Positions 19,492 to 28,251 of a DNA stretch of 64,000 nt are shown in pieces (within the stretch, counting starts at the first letter, position 1; every line of letters starts with the position of its first letter). The notes beneath the pieces were generated by a model, which did not search any database, was not told where the DNA came from, and was given only the letters and a program-made list of their open reading frames with translations. A program made the translations under genes and the position numbers. Source of the stretch: a virus (lineage: Duplodnaviria; Caudoviricetes); the IMG/VR virus record IMGVR_UViG_3300005683_000047, positions 2,430 to 66,429 of that record. One strand, given 5' to 3'.

Positions 19492-19974
19492 TCAGTCAAT
19501 CTTTTTAATACCGTTATTCATAGAGAGCATTTCAGAAGCAAACTCTCTTGAAACTGACATTTGATTACGTCTTGACGGAGCAAATGCAGCTTCACTCCAG
19601 CGAGAAGCAACTTCATCACCAAACATTTCAGTTGGATCTGTTTGTGACATGACTCTTGCGGCCGCGTCACCACCCACACCTGCAGGCATCTTTCCTGGTT
19701 GACGATCCATTGCATTTTGTTCTTGCAACGTTGTCTGCATGGTGTCCTCAAAAATTGATGCCATGATTGGGTCTTTTGTCACCTGTTTAATTGTTTGTTT
19801 TATTGTGGTGTCCTTTACGGCACCATAAGAAACATTATTCAGTGACGGTCTAGGGTATCTAGTGACCTCAGTTTGAACAGTTTTCTTTGATTCAGCTGAA
19901 ATGTTTCCAATCCCTTCAGACAACAATTCGACTAAACACTCTTTCACTAATTCTTTAAGCTGCTTACGATTCAT
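19492..19974 (-). CDS. Hypothetical protein (160 aa), candidate prohead core component
   Basis: N-terminal LKELVKECLVELLSEG; start overlaps the def stop (ATGA). Confidence 0.6.
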   Translation of the reverse strand: MNRKQLKELVKECLVELLSEGIGNISAESKKTVQTEVTRYPRPSLNNVSYGAVKDTTIKQTIKQVTKDPIMASIFEDTMQTTLQEQNAMDRQPGKMPAGVGGDAAARVMSQTDPTEMFGDEVASRWSEAAFAPSRRNQMSVSREFASEMLSMNNGIKKID

Positions 19975-20453
19975 GCAAATTTTATGTCCTTCGTGTAATC
20001 TTCTAACTCTCCGTTGACTTTATCAATAAACAAGATTCCGTCTAAGTGATCGATTTCATGTTGTATCACAAACGCTTCAATACCAGAGCAAATTCTTTTT
20101 TGTTTATTTCCAGTCAAATCTTGAAAATCAACTTCAATACATGCATACCTGTCAACTGTTCCAAACATTCCAGGAACTGATAAACAACCCTCATCTGAAG
20201 GAACGGAGCTAAATGATGACACAATAACTGGGTTTATTAACGTTAATTGTTTTGATTTTTCCAAACCTTGCGTCGTATCAATCACAATAATCTTACGTGG
20301 AATTCCTATTTGTATTGCAGCTAAACCTATTCCACCATATTGATACATTAAACTAAACATGTGTTCTGACAACGTCTTTAACAACTCATCAAACACTGTG
20401 ACTGGTAATGATTTTTCTCTCAGTGTTTGATTTGGATAATGCAGAATTTCCAT
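19971..20453 (-). CDS. def: Peptide deformylase
   Basis: All three PDF motifs present: GIGLAAIQIG, EGCLS, QHEIDHLDG. Confidence 0.96.
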   Translation of the reverse strand: MEILHYPNQTLREKSLPVTVFDELLKTLSEHMFSLMYQYGGIGLAAIQIGIPRKIIVIDTTQGLEKSKQLTLINPVIVSSFSSVPSDEGCLSVPGMFGTVDRYACIEVDFQDLTGNKQKRICSGIEAFVIQHEIDHLDGILFIDKVNGELEDYTKDIKFA

Positions 20454-20460
20454 GATAGTT

Positions 20461-20467
20461 TAAATAT
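20461..20467 (-). promoter_or_regulatory. ATAnTTA motif (ATATTTA) upstream of def
   Basis: 7 nt upstream of the ATG, implying a near-leaderless transcript if functional. Confidence 0.35.
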
Positions 20468-20491
20468 CCACGTAGAAATTCTGCATGTTAT

Positions 20492-20869
20492 CTATATAGA
20501 CAATCCCATCGAGCCAGTCAAAGCTGGAAAGAATTCTTGTGGAACTAATGTCAAGCCAGCGAACAATTGATAGTTTGATGATGGTCCAGAAGTGCATGTA
20601 AACCAAAGTGATTTAACTCTTATTTCAGCAGTAAACGTTTCATTTTGTGTTAAAACAATGCTTTTTCCGGCGGCGTGACCTGTCGAAGAAAACGCAACTG
20701 CCAAAGGGTTAGTGCCCACGTTTTTCACTGACACAAATCTGGTCACGTAATTAAAAGATTCTTCCTTAGTGACGCCTGTCAAAACAACTGATGATGTCAC
20801 CCAAGGCAATGATGAAACTTGATACTCTGAAACAGATTGAGGGCCTGGTCTGGGATGATTCAATGACAT
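20492..20869 (-). CDS. Small beta-rich protein (125 aa), possible capsid decoration
   Basis: Alternating beta-strand pattern; located in the head module. Confidence 0.45.
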   Translation of the reverse strand: MSLNHPRPGPQSVSEYQVSSLPWVTSSVVLTGVTKEESFNYVTRFVSVKNVGTNPLAVAFSSTGHAAGKSIVLTQNETFTAEIRVKSLWFTCTSGPSSNYQLFAGLTLVPQEFFPALTGSMGLSI

Positions 20870-20876
20870 TGTTTTC

Positions 20877-21482
20877 TCACTTTTTTAATGACAAGATGTC
20901 ATTTGCTATTCTAAAAATACGATCTGACTTATTAAATATGCTGTGAAGGTTATTTTCTGAATTCAATCTGACACCTTCTGCTAACATAAATGCGCCAGGT
21001 GTCGATGGTTCAGACACAAAATCCCAACATATTAATTGAAAATCTTCTTGAACAATGACATAGTCGCCTTCACGACGAGTGCTGCCAACGCCTCGAGATG
21101 AAATTCCTAACTTCACTTTTGATTCAACTAGACTTTCAAGGATTTTGCCTGAAGGAGTTGATAAAATTTCAACTTCACCCTTTACAACATCACCATCAAA
21201 ATACGCTTTACGTACAATATGAGAAACGTTTTTTAAACTGATGATGCTATCTGCTGGATGATCGAGTTCGCCTGTTGAACGATTTTCAATTATGAATTTC
21301 TGATAATTTCTAACTTCTCTTTCAAGAATTTCTCGCGGGTATATTCTACCGTTTTGATTGACAGTGTCAGCTTTTTGCAGAATGCCTTTCAAAATCAGCT
21401 TTCCACCGTTTGAAGCTTTACTCTCTTGAATTGTTTCTTGAGAACACTCAAATGGTTCCCATGTTGTTAAAAGATTTGCCAT
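20877..21482 (-). CDS. gp21: Prohead maturation protease (T4 gp21-like)
   Basis: LKGILQKADTVNQNGRIYPREIL; GELDHP; TPSGKIL; LGISSRGVGS; WDFVSEPSTPGAF. Confidence 0.93.
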   Translation of the reverse strand: MANLLTTWEPFECSQETIQESKASNGGKLILKGILQKADTVNQNGRIYPREILEREVRNYQKFIIENRSTGELDHPADSIISLKNVSHIVRKAYFDGDVVKGEVEILSTPSGKILESLVESKVKLGISSRGVGSTRREGDYVIVQEDFQLICWDFVSEPSTPGAFMLAEGVRLNSENNLHSIFNKSDRIFRIANDILSLKK

Positions 21483-21508
21483 TTTGTCTCCGACGTGTCT
21501 CTAAGAAA

Positions 21509-22366
21509 TCACTCTTTTGAAGAAAATTCTGTTGAAAGTTTAGTGTATAACATGAATCTAGTGATGGTATCATCATCAATAACGTCAAGCGTTTCTGAGA
21601 TCACAGTTTTTTTAACATCAAGTAATTTTTCAATCATCAACTGATTATGAGTCTCTTTCAAGAGGTAATCATCAACATTTTTCAAGATGCTATTTTTAAT
21701 CTCTAACAATGACGTTTGCAACACTTGTTGACTTTTATCAGTGATAGTTGTAAACACGTATTCACGTAAAATTCTTTTTTGATCAGTGTTTAAAGATTCA
21801 CCATATTTTTCATTTAGTTTTTTCATCATATGTTTAAAAACTAATCGATTTTCACCAACAGTTCCAGCTAATTCTTCTTGAACTTCTGGTTTTGTTTTTG
21901 CCTCTGTCATCCACTGTATCAATCGATCTTCATAAATCGCCTGTCTATTTAGCGTCTCTTCAGAGGGAAATCTCCAATCATTGATCAAAGTCTGTAATGT
22001 TGCAAACATTTTGTATTCAGAAACTGGTTGATCCCAAAACGTCGTAGCGTCTAATTTACGATTGATGTCTCTGATAAGAGATGATTTTTCTTCATTCAAT
22101 TTTTTGATATCGTGTTGTCTAGACGCAATCTTTGCTTCACCGATAATTGATGCCGCTACATGTTGATTGCTGACAGAAATTTTCATCAGACTGTTAATCA
22201 ACCGAAACTCTTTATGCAACTCAGTTCCTGGTTTATAATACTTTTTCAATAACGTAAGAGCTGTTTTTGCTTCTGGCGATTCTTCAATCAAAGAAGATGA
22301 AATGAGCCTTATCAAAAACTCATACACAAGACAACCGTTACGTTTTTTATTGTGTTTGGCGCTCAT
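21509..22366 (-). CDS. Conserved-looking hypothetical helical protein (285 aa)
   Basis: KHNKKRN...VYEFLIR N-terminus; lies between portal and protease; stop overlaps the portal ORF end region (ATGA with 22363-22366). Confidence 0.6.
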   Translation of the reverse strand: MSAKHNKKRNGCLVYEFLIRLISSSLIEESPEAKTALTLLKKYYKPGTELHKEFRLINSLMKISVSNQHVAASIIGEAKIASRQHDIKKLNEEKSSLIRDINRKLDATTFWDQPVSEYKMFATLQTLINDWRFPSEETLNRQAIYEDRLIQWMTEAKTKPEVQEELAGTVGENRLVFKHMMKKLNEKYGESLNTDQKRILREYVFTTITDKSQQVLQTSLLEIKNSILKNVDDYLLKETHNQLMIEKLLDVKKTVISETLDVIDDDTITRFMLYTKLSTEFSSKE

Positions 22367-25300
22367 TCATCATCTCCATTGTCGATAAGTACCTTGACAT
22401 CGTCTATGTTATTTATTTCTTCAACTAACAACGGTGATCTAGGTGAGTGTTTTCTAATTTTTAGAGAAGCATTCATTTTTTGTAACATCTCATATAATTC
22501 TGCTGACATCGACGGTTGAAGCTGATGTTCCAACTCTTTTGATTCACCAAGAGGATTCGTTGATTGACTTCTCAAAAACGAAGAATCAAATGGATCATTC
22601 ATCTGACGATTCTTTTTTGGATTCAACATTTTCGTAAAATCGGGCATATGTGTTTTTGACGAGCCATGAGTGACATGTCTTGATCGATTATACAATGTCT
22701 TTTGTAATTGATTCTGAACTCTAATTGGTGCATTGTCATCTTTCAACGATAACCTGACAGGTTTATCGTCTAAAGGATCATCTCCAGCTGTCAAAATTTG
22801 TATTTCTGGATCTATTCCAGCGTTTTCAGGGGGTGGCGGTTCATCCCCCTCAGGTGGGCCTGAAATATCCGTAGCATCTTCAGGTGTATCACCACCATCA
22901 GGATTATCAAGACCACCAGTGCCACCTCCCATGCCTCCAGATGACCCTCCGCCGACGCCCCCGGCGCCAGCATTTTCACGTGCTGAAGCAGACGCAGCAT
23001 CATCAATTAACTCTCGTTCAATTTGAATGATCTCTTGTTCTGTTAGCCCAATGACATTCTTTCGAATCCAGTCTCTTGATAACAACCCTTCTGGTACAGA
23101 ACCAGCAATTTCAAACTTTGTCCTAAACAACTCTAGTTTCTGTTGCTGGGCGACTGTTGACGGATTGGACATTCTAAGTGTAAAATTCAACAAGTCATCA
23201 TCAGAAAATCCGTTTGCATACAAGTGGATTATTGCAATTTTGTTTAGTTCTGACAATACCGTTCGTTGAATCATATTAATCGTTCTAGAAAAACGAATGT
23301 CAATCATTGCAAGTGTTGCTTTTGAACTCAGTAACTCTTCGTATCCAAGATACGCTTTAGGTATTTTGAGTGCAGCGAACAACTTTCGTTGTATGTATTC
23401 AACGTCTTCAATCGCGGCTGTGTTTTGACCACCTGCAAGAGTGTCAATTTTCGTGCCACTTTCTGTACCACGAGTTGGAATGAAAAAATCTTCATCAACG
23501 CTGACGGGATTATATCGCAAGTCAACTCTGCCAGACTTGTTATCAATAACTTGGTTGCTTCTTAATGCGACTTTCGCTTGTTCAATGTAATTTGGGATCT
23601 CATCTGGTGGAGTGTTTCCAACGTCAATGTAAAATACACGACGTTCCGGAGATCGAACAATGCGATACACTAACATTGCATCTTCAATAAGAATCAGTTG
23701 TCTCCAAATTCGTCTTGCACCTTCTAATACGCTAGAACCGTATGGAAGATACATGTCATTTCCTAGCAATCTCATGTGAGTGATTTGCCAATTGTCAAGT
23801 ATTTTATTCCCTAACGAGATCCAACGAAAACGAACAGCCATAGGATCTTCCGGATCGTAACCCTCTTCACGTTCTATTTCATTAACTGGAATTGGCAACA
23901 CATTTATGACGCCATAATCAGGAGACACATCATTGAGGAACAACACGTCGCCGTATTTACAAAGATTACGTGTCCAAGGCCTCAGGTTAAACTCAACATT
24001 CAAAGTATTATAGAACAGGTCTTCAAGAACTGACTTTATCTTTGGGTTGTTTGAACTAACATGTAAAGTTCGACCCTTTTCATCTTGGGCACAATTATGA
24101 ACCATTACATATGATGTAAAACTTTCATCGCCAGTAATTGCAAAATTATGAAACGTTTCGACTTCAAGATCGTAAACATCTGTAAAACCATCAGATTGTA
24201 TTGACGTGATTCTTGATGAGCGATCTATGTTGATCGCTTTAACACTGTCACTTGTTTTTAAATTTTCAACTCTACAATATGAATTGTCGCTTAAAAGAAC
24301 TAGATGATTTTCAGTAAGTCTAACATAAGTTCCATCATCAAATGTAATCTTAAAAACTTCCCTATTTTCGCCTGTTTTTGTTACGCCCAAACATCGACCA
24401 GGAACAAATCTGTTAGATTTAACGTCAAAAGAATTGACGTAAAAATCATTTTTATTTTGTTCATACAGTGATTTAATTGTTTGTTTTGTTCCATCTAGCA
24501 ATGGAATAATAGTATCTCCAGATAGACATGTTTCATCTGCGTAAATGTCTAAAGCGCTATTGATCTCTGCTGTGTTATGAGAAATTACTGAATCTGTTGC
24601 AAAATTTTTGTAACCATCAACAGTCAAATCATAAAGTGGCATCTCGCCGACTTCTTCGATAGACACGACTTTACATGAACTGTGATTTTCTTGTGCATCA
24701 ACAATAGACTTTGAATTATATGCGCGAGCAAAACATTCAAACGAATTGAATCCATTTTGTCGTAATCGTGATAACACAACTTTATCTGAAATACGTAATG
24801 CTTTTTTAAGACATTTTAGATTAAATCCATGTGTATCACACCACTGTAACAAATTTGCAAATGTAATTTTATGAACTAGATCAATTTGATGTGATTCAGG
24901 TTTCAAATTACTTGTTTGTTTAGTCTCATCAAAACACATCATTGCGTCGCCTGGTTGCAATTCACCAATACGAGCATATGTTCCATCACGTTTCATAAGA
25001 CGATGTGTAATGTCGCCAGTTATTGTTTTTCCATTGTCAAATGTAACTTTGTACGCTTTTTGATACGATGTCTGTCGAGCTTGTTTTGCCCATGCAGGAA
25101 TGATCGCATTTTTTTCATGATCATACGCATACACTATGAATTGTTTGTCAATTCCATATTCTTCTACAAGCTCTAAAAGAGTTTTATAGCCTCCTGGAAC
25201 TGCAATTTTAGTATCTCCAGAAAGACAACTCTCCATTTCATTGAAATCTTGATATCTAGATAACCTCTCTTGAATGTTATACGCATTCGCTGTTATCTGA

Positions 25301-25464
25301 TTGTATGAAGAATTAACGGAACGTTGAAACATCATGACTGCAGAAGATTTTGCAGTCGCGACTGTCGTATCAATCGTCTTAATTTTACGTTTAATGACGG
25401 GACCGCTCTTGAAGAGTCGGGTAAGTCGTTGGAAAAGGTTATTCGAACTTTTCTTATTCATCAA
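22363..25464 (-). CDS. gp20: Portal protein (T4 gp20-like) precursor with two inteins; 670 aa after splicing
   Basis: EINSALDIYADE; RNLCKYGD; LPYGSSVLEGARRIWRQLILIEDAMLVYRIVRSPERRVFYIDVGN; EDFFIPTRG; DTLAGGQN; KLFAALKIPKAYLG. Confidence 0.94.
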   Translation of the reverse strand: MMNKKSSNNLFQRLTRLFKSGPVIKRKIKTIDTTVATAKSSAVMMFQRSVNSSYNQITANAYNIQERLSRYQDFNEMESCLSGDTKIAVPGGYKTLLELVEEYGIDKQFIVYAYDHEKNAIIPAWAKQARQTSYQKAYKVTFDNGKTITGDITHRLMKRDGTYARIGELQPGDAMMCFDETKQTSNLKPESHQIDLVHKITFANLLQWCDTHGFNLKCLKKALRISDKVVLSRLRQNGFNSFECFARAYNSKSIVDAQENHSSCKVVSIEEVGEMPLYDLTVDGYKNFATDSVISHNTAEINSALDIYADETCLSGDTIIPLLDGTKQTIKSLYEQNKNDFYVNSFDVKSNRFVPGRCLGVTKTGENREVFKITFDDGTYVRLTENHLVLLSDNSYCRVENLKTSDSVKAINIDRSSRITSIQSDGFTDVYDLEVETFHNFAITGDESFTSYVMVHNCAQDEKGRTLHVSSNNPKIKSVLEDLFYNTLNVEFNLRPWTRNLCKYGDVLFLNDVSPDYGVINVLPIPVNEIEREEGYDPEDPMAVRFRWISLGNKILDNWQITHMRLLGNDMYLPYGSSVLEGARRIWRQLILIEDAMLVYRIVRSPERRVFYIDVGNTPPDEIPNYIEQAKVALRSNQVIDNKSGRVDLRYNPVSVDEDFFIPTRGTESGTKIDTLAGGQNTAAIEDVEYIQRKLFAALKIPKAYLGYEELLSSKATLAMIDIRFSRTINMIQRTVLSELNKIAIIHLYANGFSDDDLLNFTLRMSNPSTVAQQQKLELFRTKFEIAGSVPEGLLSRDWIRKNVIGLTEQEIIQIERELIDDAASASARENAGAGGVGGGSSGGMGGGTGGLDNPDGGDTPEDATDISGPPEGDEPPPPENAGIDPEIQILTAGDDPLDDKPVRLSLKDDNAPIRVQNQLQKTLYNRSRHVTHGSSKTHMPDFTKMLNPKKNRQMNDPFDSSFLRSQSTNPLGESKELEHQLQPSMSAELYEMLQKMNASLKIRKHSPRSPLLVEEINNIDDVKVLIDNGDDE
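24094..24528 (-). mobile_element. Portal intein 2 (145-aa mini-intein)
   Basis: CLSGDTII; LTENHLVL; VYDLEVETFHNF; ends VHN with +1 Cys. Confidence 0.93.
24574..25227 (-). mobile_element. Portal intein 1 (218 aa, no LAGLIDADG; ~80-aa linker)
   Basis: Block A CLSGDTKI; block B ITHRLM; block F LYDLTVDGYKNF; ends SHN with +1 Thr. Confidence 0.92.
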
Positions 25465-25535
25465 ATCACTCCAAGTGTCACCAGAATATTACATTCAAAT
25501 GACAGTAGATTACCAGTTAAATTGTCAATGATTAT

Positions 25536-25898
25536 TTAGAGAGTGACGTCGTCCTCTGATTGGCCAACGTTATTATCTCTGTCATCAAGGTCATTCATTC
25601 TAGAATCTACAACAGACTTTGGATCACGATCAAGATAATTTGTCGGATTTCTCAACATGTCAGCATATATTGCGCGGAGTGCATCAATATGTGTCTGAAC
25701 AGCTGACGTAGCTTTTGCCGTCGGCATTTTTTTTGCCCTGACACTCTTCATCGCTTTCATTCCGTCACTACCCGCTTTGGTGATGTCAACGATAATAGCA
25801 TGAACAGCTTTTCGTTTTTGCATCTCCTCAGCCTCTTTAATGATCTCTTCGTTGACAATTGAGCGCAATTTCTTGGTGATGATGCTATTGTTTTTCAT
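25536..25898 (-). CDS. Hypothetical protein (120 aa; start moved to the ATG at 25898)
   Basis: The track start at 25922 is a TTG inside the terminase gene; ATG at 25898 follows AGGAAG. Contains LRSIVNEEIIKE. Confidence 0.55.
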   Translation of the reverse strand: MKNNSIITKKLRSIVNEEIIKEAEEMQKRKAVHAIIVDITKAGSDGMKAMKSVRAKKMPTAKATSAVQTHIDALRAIYADMLRNPTNYLDRDPKSVVDSRMNDLDDRDNNVGQSEDDVTL

Positions 25899-25906
25899 GT
25901 TTCTTC

Positions 25907-27520
25907 CTATCGAGTAAGCCAACTAAAATCTAAATCATTTCCTGATTTAACAGTTCCAGGTCGATTATTTTGTAACATTTGTTTCTTAAATATTGGTCGA
26001 ACCTCATAACCAGCGCCTGGAACGGAATCAATTTTTGTTGATGTTTTTGACATTGCTTTTAAAAACGCTTTTGCATCAGTTGAATCGCCCACTGTTTTAC
26101 CAAACATGAGATCAAATAGCCATGACGCAATTGCTGATGACATCACTAAATCGTCATGTTCATCTTTCATTGCAGACGCTCTAGCACCAACCCAAATGAA
26201 TGTTCTAAATTCATTTAGTAAACGTATAGAGTATGATCGAATCACCCTGTTACGAATGACTTCTTCAAGCTTTGTAAGCGCTAAATCTCTTGATTTTGTT
26301 TGAGTTGTAAATCCTGGTAATTCATCATTCGCTGGAACGTATGTTTCAATTGCTCCAGATTTAGCTTTTTCATAAAACATTTTTGGATATTTTAACTCTT
26401 TTAATTTTGCACACGTCATATATCCAAAAGAGTTATTTTCAGGACAAGCTATCGCATTATTGTATTTTCTACCATATTTGTCAATTAAAATCCCAAGTTT
26501 ATCTGGAGGGATTTTACCCATATATTCCGCAGCAATTTCACCATTCGTTGCGTCTAAAATATGAAACGTTGAATAGTCTTTGCCGTCACCACGAGCAACG
26601 TCAGCAGAAACAATGTATTTGTGACCATACATTGGAAGTGACCAAATCCAAACGTCGCGCTCCACACCTCTGTCTTCTGGTGCACACTGATCTGAACCTT
26701 TACACAATGGTTCTCTAACGAGAGATTGCATCCATTCAATATCATCAGGTTGTAGAAACGTATCACCCGATCCAACGAATTCACACAACAACTCTTGTGC
26801 AGCTTTACGTTTTGACAGGTTTTTGATTTCATTATTGTACCACGCCTGATCGTGTTCTGGATGGACATTCCATAACAGTTTAATTGGATTAAACATGTTA
26901 CGTTTACTCTCTGCATCAGAATAAAGCTTGTAATATTGTCCACCAACACCATTTGGCGTCGATAAAATTATCGCAGCGCCGCCAGTTGACAAACATGGAT
27001 AAATGCCAGTCCAAATGTCTTCAAAGTTTCTAATGAAAGCGGCCTCGTCAACAATTAATAATGACAACGCCTCAGATCGACCAGCGTCTTCAGACGTAGG
27101 TATTGCCTGAATCAACGATCCATTTTTAAACCTAATTTCTTGTGTCGTTGTTTCAAACGATGTTATTTGCATCCAGTCAGGCAGATTATTAAGAATAATC
27201 TTAACTTTCTTAATGAAGTTAATCGCAGTTTTTAACTTTGTTGCAATTACTAATATGTTTTTTTCTTTATGAAATAATGCTAGCCATGCAGCGTATGCAG
27301 CTGTGACTGTTGACAACCCGAGCTGTCTTGATTTTAAGACAATGTTAAATCGATGTTTTACGAACGCATCAATACAATCATTTTGAAAGTTGTATGTCTT
27401 GAATTGTATTAGGCCCTGTTGAGGGTGTTGTATTTTACAATACTCATTAATAAAATACGTGGGTGAGCGTCCACACTTTAAAATCTCACTAAGTTGTCGT
27501 TGCTTATTTACAGATGCCAT
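25907..27520 (-). CDS. gp17: Terminase large subunit (T4 gp17-like)
   Basis: Walker A KSRQLGLST; Walker B LLIVDEAAF; coupling motif STPNG; RNase H-like nuclease ADVARGDGKDYS and HDDLVMS. Confidence 0.95.
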   Translation of the reverse strand: MASVNKQRQLSEILKCGRSPTYFINEYCKIQHPQQGLIQFKTYNFQNDCIDAFVKHRFNIVLKSRQLGLSTVTAAYAAWLALFHKEKNILVIATKLKTAINFIKKVKIILNNLPDWMQITSFETTTQEIRFKNGSLIQAIPTSEDAGRSEALSLLIVDEAAFIRNFEDIWTGIYPCLSTGGAAIILSTPNGVGGQYYKLYSDAESKRNMFNPIKLLWNVHPEHDQAWYNNEIKNLSKRKAAQELLCEFVGSGDTFLQPDDIEWMQSLVREPLCKGSDQCAPEDRGVERDVWIWSLPMYGHKYIVSADVARGDGKDYSTFHILDATNGEIAAEYMGKIPPDKLGILIDKYGRKYNNAIACPENNSFGYMTCAKLKELKYPKMFYEKAKSGAIETYVPANDELPGFTTQTKSRDLALTKLEEVIRNRVIRSYSIRLLNEFRTFIWVGARASAMKDEHDDLVMSSAIASWLFDLMFGKTVGDSTDAKAFLKAMSKTSTKIDSVPGAGYEVRPIFKKQMLQNNRPGTVKSGNDLDFSWLTR

Positions 27521-27524
27521 CTAA

Positions 27525-27911
27525 TCACTCAATCGTACAAATCACATTACGTCTAAAATACGCAGTTCTTTTACGATTGAACATGTTTAAATTAATGAAC
27601 TCAACTGAGTGATTATCACTTTCAATCTTTACTTTCAAAGAAGAATCAGTTAATTCCTTGTATTCTTTTTTGATTCTATCAATTGACAACTTTATGACAT
27701 CATCTGCCATCGAACAATATTTTTGTGACATATCTCTAGCTAGATGATCTGTCGTCATATTCACCACAGCACAATAAACAATTTCTATGTATTTATCGCT
27801 TTTTAGTGAAATTTTGACAGTTTTATCACAGCCATTGATGGCAGATGATTTTCCCCACGAAGAATTGATAACGTTGCCAAGGGCATTAAAATCAACAGTT
27901 TTTTCAGACAT
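27525..27911 (-). CDS. Hypothetical protein (128 aa; ATG at 27911)
   Basis: Directly upstream of terL; the track start at 27920 is a TTG. Confidence 0.55.
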   Translation of the reverse strand: MSEKTVDFNALGNVINSSWGKSSAINGCDKTVKISLKSDKYIEIVYCAVVNMTTDHLARDMSQKYCSMADDVIKLSIDRIKKEYKELTDSSLKVKIESDNHSVEFINLNMFNRKRTAYFRRNVICTIE

Positions 27912-27920
27912 ATTATTCAA

Positions 27921-27927
27921 TAACTAT
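27921..27927 (-). promoter_or_regulatory. ATAnTTA motif (ATAGTTA) upstream of the terminase-portal operon
   Basis: 9 nt upstream of the ATG at 27911. Confidence 0.35.
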
Positions 27928-27945
27928 ATGTCTTCATGAAAGCTA

Positions 27946-28251
27946 TTAAAACTTAATGAATGATGGAATTTTCTGTCGTTTTTGCACCTCTTCTTTGATT
28001 TCTTGTTGCGTGGGTCGCCAACCAGAATACCATCTTTCTAAATTTTGATCTGCCCACTTTAGTGCACAAGACCGACAACAGTTTTTCGTCCTATGAAATT
28101 CAACATCATCATTATCTCGTAACAATAAATCACAAACATTACAATTCACCGGAACTGGATGGATTGATTTCTGAGGCAGAATTACGTAATATCCGTGTTT
28201 ACTAACACGTATCATTCTATCATTGAAATACTCTTGCCATTCTTCACTCAT
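27946..28251 (-). CDS. Small Zn-binding hypothetical protein (101 aa)
   Basis: CNVC...CCRSC; WRP motif. Confidence 0.55.
   Translation of the reverse strand: MSEEWQEYFNDRMIRVSKHGYYVILPQKSIHPVPVNCNVCDLLLRDNDDVEFHRTKNCCRSCALKWADQNLERWYSGWRPTQQEIKEEVQKRQKIPSFIKF

Noticed and set aside
27525-28251. Small terminase subunit
   Set aside because: The position upstream of terL is suggestive, but neither ORF shows a motif I can tie to gp16/TerS.
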